Source of the DNA: Eubacteriales bacterium
Lineage (GTDB): Bacteria; Bacillota; Clostridia; Oscillospirales; CAG-272
Direction of reading: 5' to 3'
DNA length: 64,000 nt
NCBI GenBank assembly: GCA_045576095.1
Contig: JAZNFP010000045.1
Location: 10,391-74,390 of the forward strand
In this document: piece after piece, positions 63,430 through 64,000 of the stretch
How the letters are laid out: every line of letters begins with the position of its first letter
How positions within the stretch are numbered: position 1 is the first letter of the stretch
The notes under the pieces: generated by a model
What the model saw: the letters and a program-made list of their open reading frames with translations, nothing else
Told to the model about the DNA's origin: nothing
Databases searched by the model: none
Made by a program: the position numbers and the translations under genes

Positions 63430-64000
63430 ATGTATCGCGTACAAAAGAGAGACGGAAGCATCGTTGATTTTGATCTCCGGAAGATCAGAGAGGCGATCGA
63501 GAAGGCGTTTATCGCCGAAAAAAAGAATTACGATCCGAGCGTGATCGACTTCATGGCTCTGAAGGTCACGGCAGACTTTGAGCCGAAGATCAAGGAAGGG
63601 CTGATCGCCGTTGAGGCGATCCAGGACAGCGCCGAGACGGTGCTCGTGCAGGCAGGCTATGCCGACGTTGCAAAGGCGTACATCCTGTACCGCCGCCAGC
63701 GCGAGAAGGTGCGTAACACCAAGAGCGCCGTTCTGAATTACAAGGACATCGTAGACAGCTATCTGAAGGTTGCCGACTGGCGCGTGAAGGAAAACTCGAC
63801 CGTTACCTATTCGGTCGGTGGTCTCATCCTCTCCAACTCGGGTGCGATCACGGCGAACTACTGGCTCTCCGAGGTCTACAGCGAGGAGATCGAGCGCGCA
63901 CACCGCGAGGCGGACATCCATATCCACGATCTTTCGATGCTCACCGGCTATTGCGCCGGCTGGTCGCTCAAGCAGCTGATCCGCGAGGGTCTCGGCGGCA
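63430..64000 (+). CDS. nrdD: Anaerobic ribonucleoside-triphosphate reductase NrdD, 5' part (runs off the window)
   Basis: ATP-cone MYRVQKRDGSIVDFDLRKIREAIEKAF followed by VKENSTVTYSVGGLILSNSG...IHIHDLSMLTGYCAGWSL. RBS GAAGGAGA. Missing from the ORF track because there is no stop in the window. Confidence 0.93.
   Translation, partial: MYRVQKRDGSIVDFDLRKIREAIEKAFIAEKKNYDPSVIDFMALKVTADFEPKIKEGLIAVEAIQDSAETVLVQAGYADVAKAYILYRRQREKVRNTKSAVLNYKDIVDSYLKVADWRVKENSTVTYSVGGLILSNSGAITANYWLSEVYSEEIERAHREADIHIHDLSMLTGYCAGWSLKQLIREGLGG

Noticed and set aside
62630-63544. 304-aa plus-strand ORF bridging the zinc-ribbon gene and the nrdD promoter
   Set aside because: It is antisense to 62486-63100 and runs through the nrdD promoter and NrdR boxes. 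It has an Arg-rich low-complexity product.
63424-63927. 167-aa minus-strand ORF
   Set aside because: It is antisense to the clearly identifiable nrdD 5' region.

Overview
A moderately GC-rich chromosomal segment that looks like a spore-forming Clostridia genome (Oscillospiraceae/Ruminococcaceae-like by protein flavour; taxonomy is inference). Most of it is recognisable core metabolism. Plus strand: spoIIAA-spoIIAB-sigF, a CIRCE-controlled groES-groEL, a ROK glucokinase, an AI-2E transporter, an HD protein, a Na/Pi cotransporter and the 5' end of nrdD. Minus strand: nifS-nifU-mnmA, then a long co-directional housekeeping run (WYL regulator, glf, atypical response regulator, addB, exonuclease, nrdR, yicC, remA, rpoZ, priA, def, fmt, rsmB, rlmN, rsgA, Mrr-like nuclease, mtaB, glyQS). 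I saw no tRNA, rRNA, CRISPR array, integrase or transposase. The best candidate for an undescribed system is a tightly packed 13.3 kb, seven-gene minus-strand operon (13105-26463). It encodes a giant solute-binding protein with a long non-SBP N-terminus, two complete MalF/MalG-type permease pairs, an NHL-propeller/Yip1 fusion membrane protein and a 1249-aa secreted protein of unknown function. It has no ATPase, no regulator and no recognisable CAZyme, and it ends in an unusual array of short hairpins. Secondary oddities: addB without addA, a WYL-glf-response-regulator module upstream of addB, an Mrr-like nuclease occupying the slot normally held by rpe after rsgA, and an orphan double-activase fusion protein. 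All domain calls come from reading the translated ORFs by eye; no database search was run. Start codons were refined by hand using RBS position.
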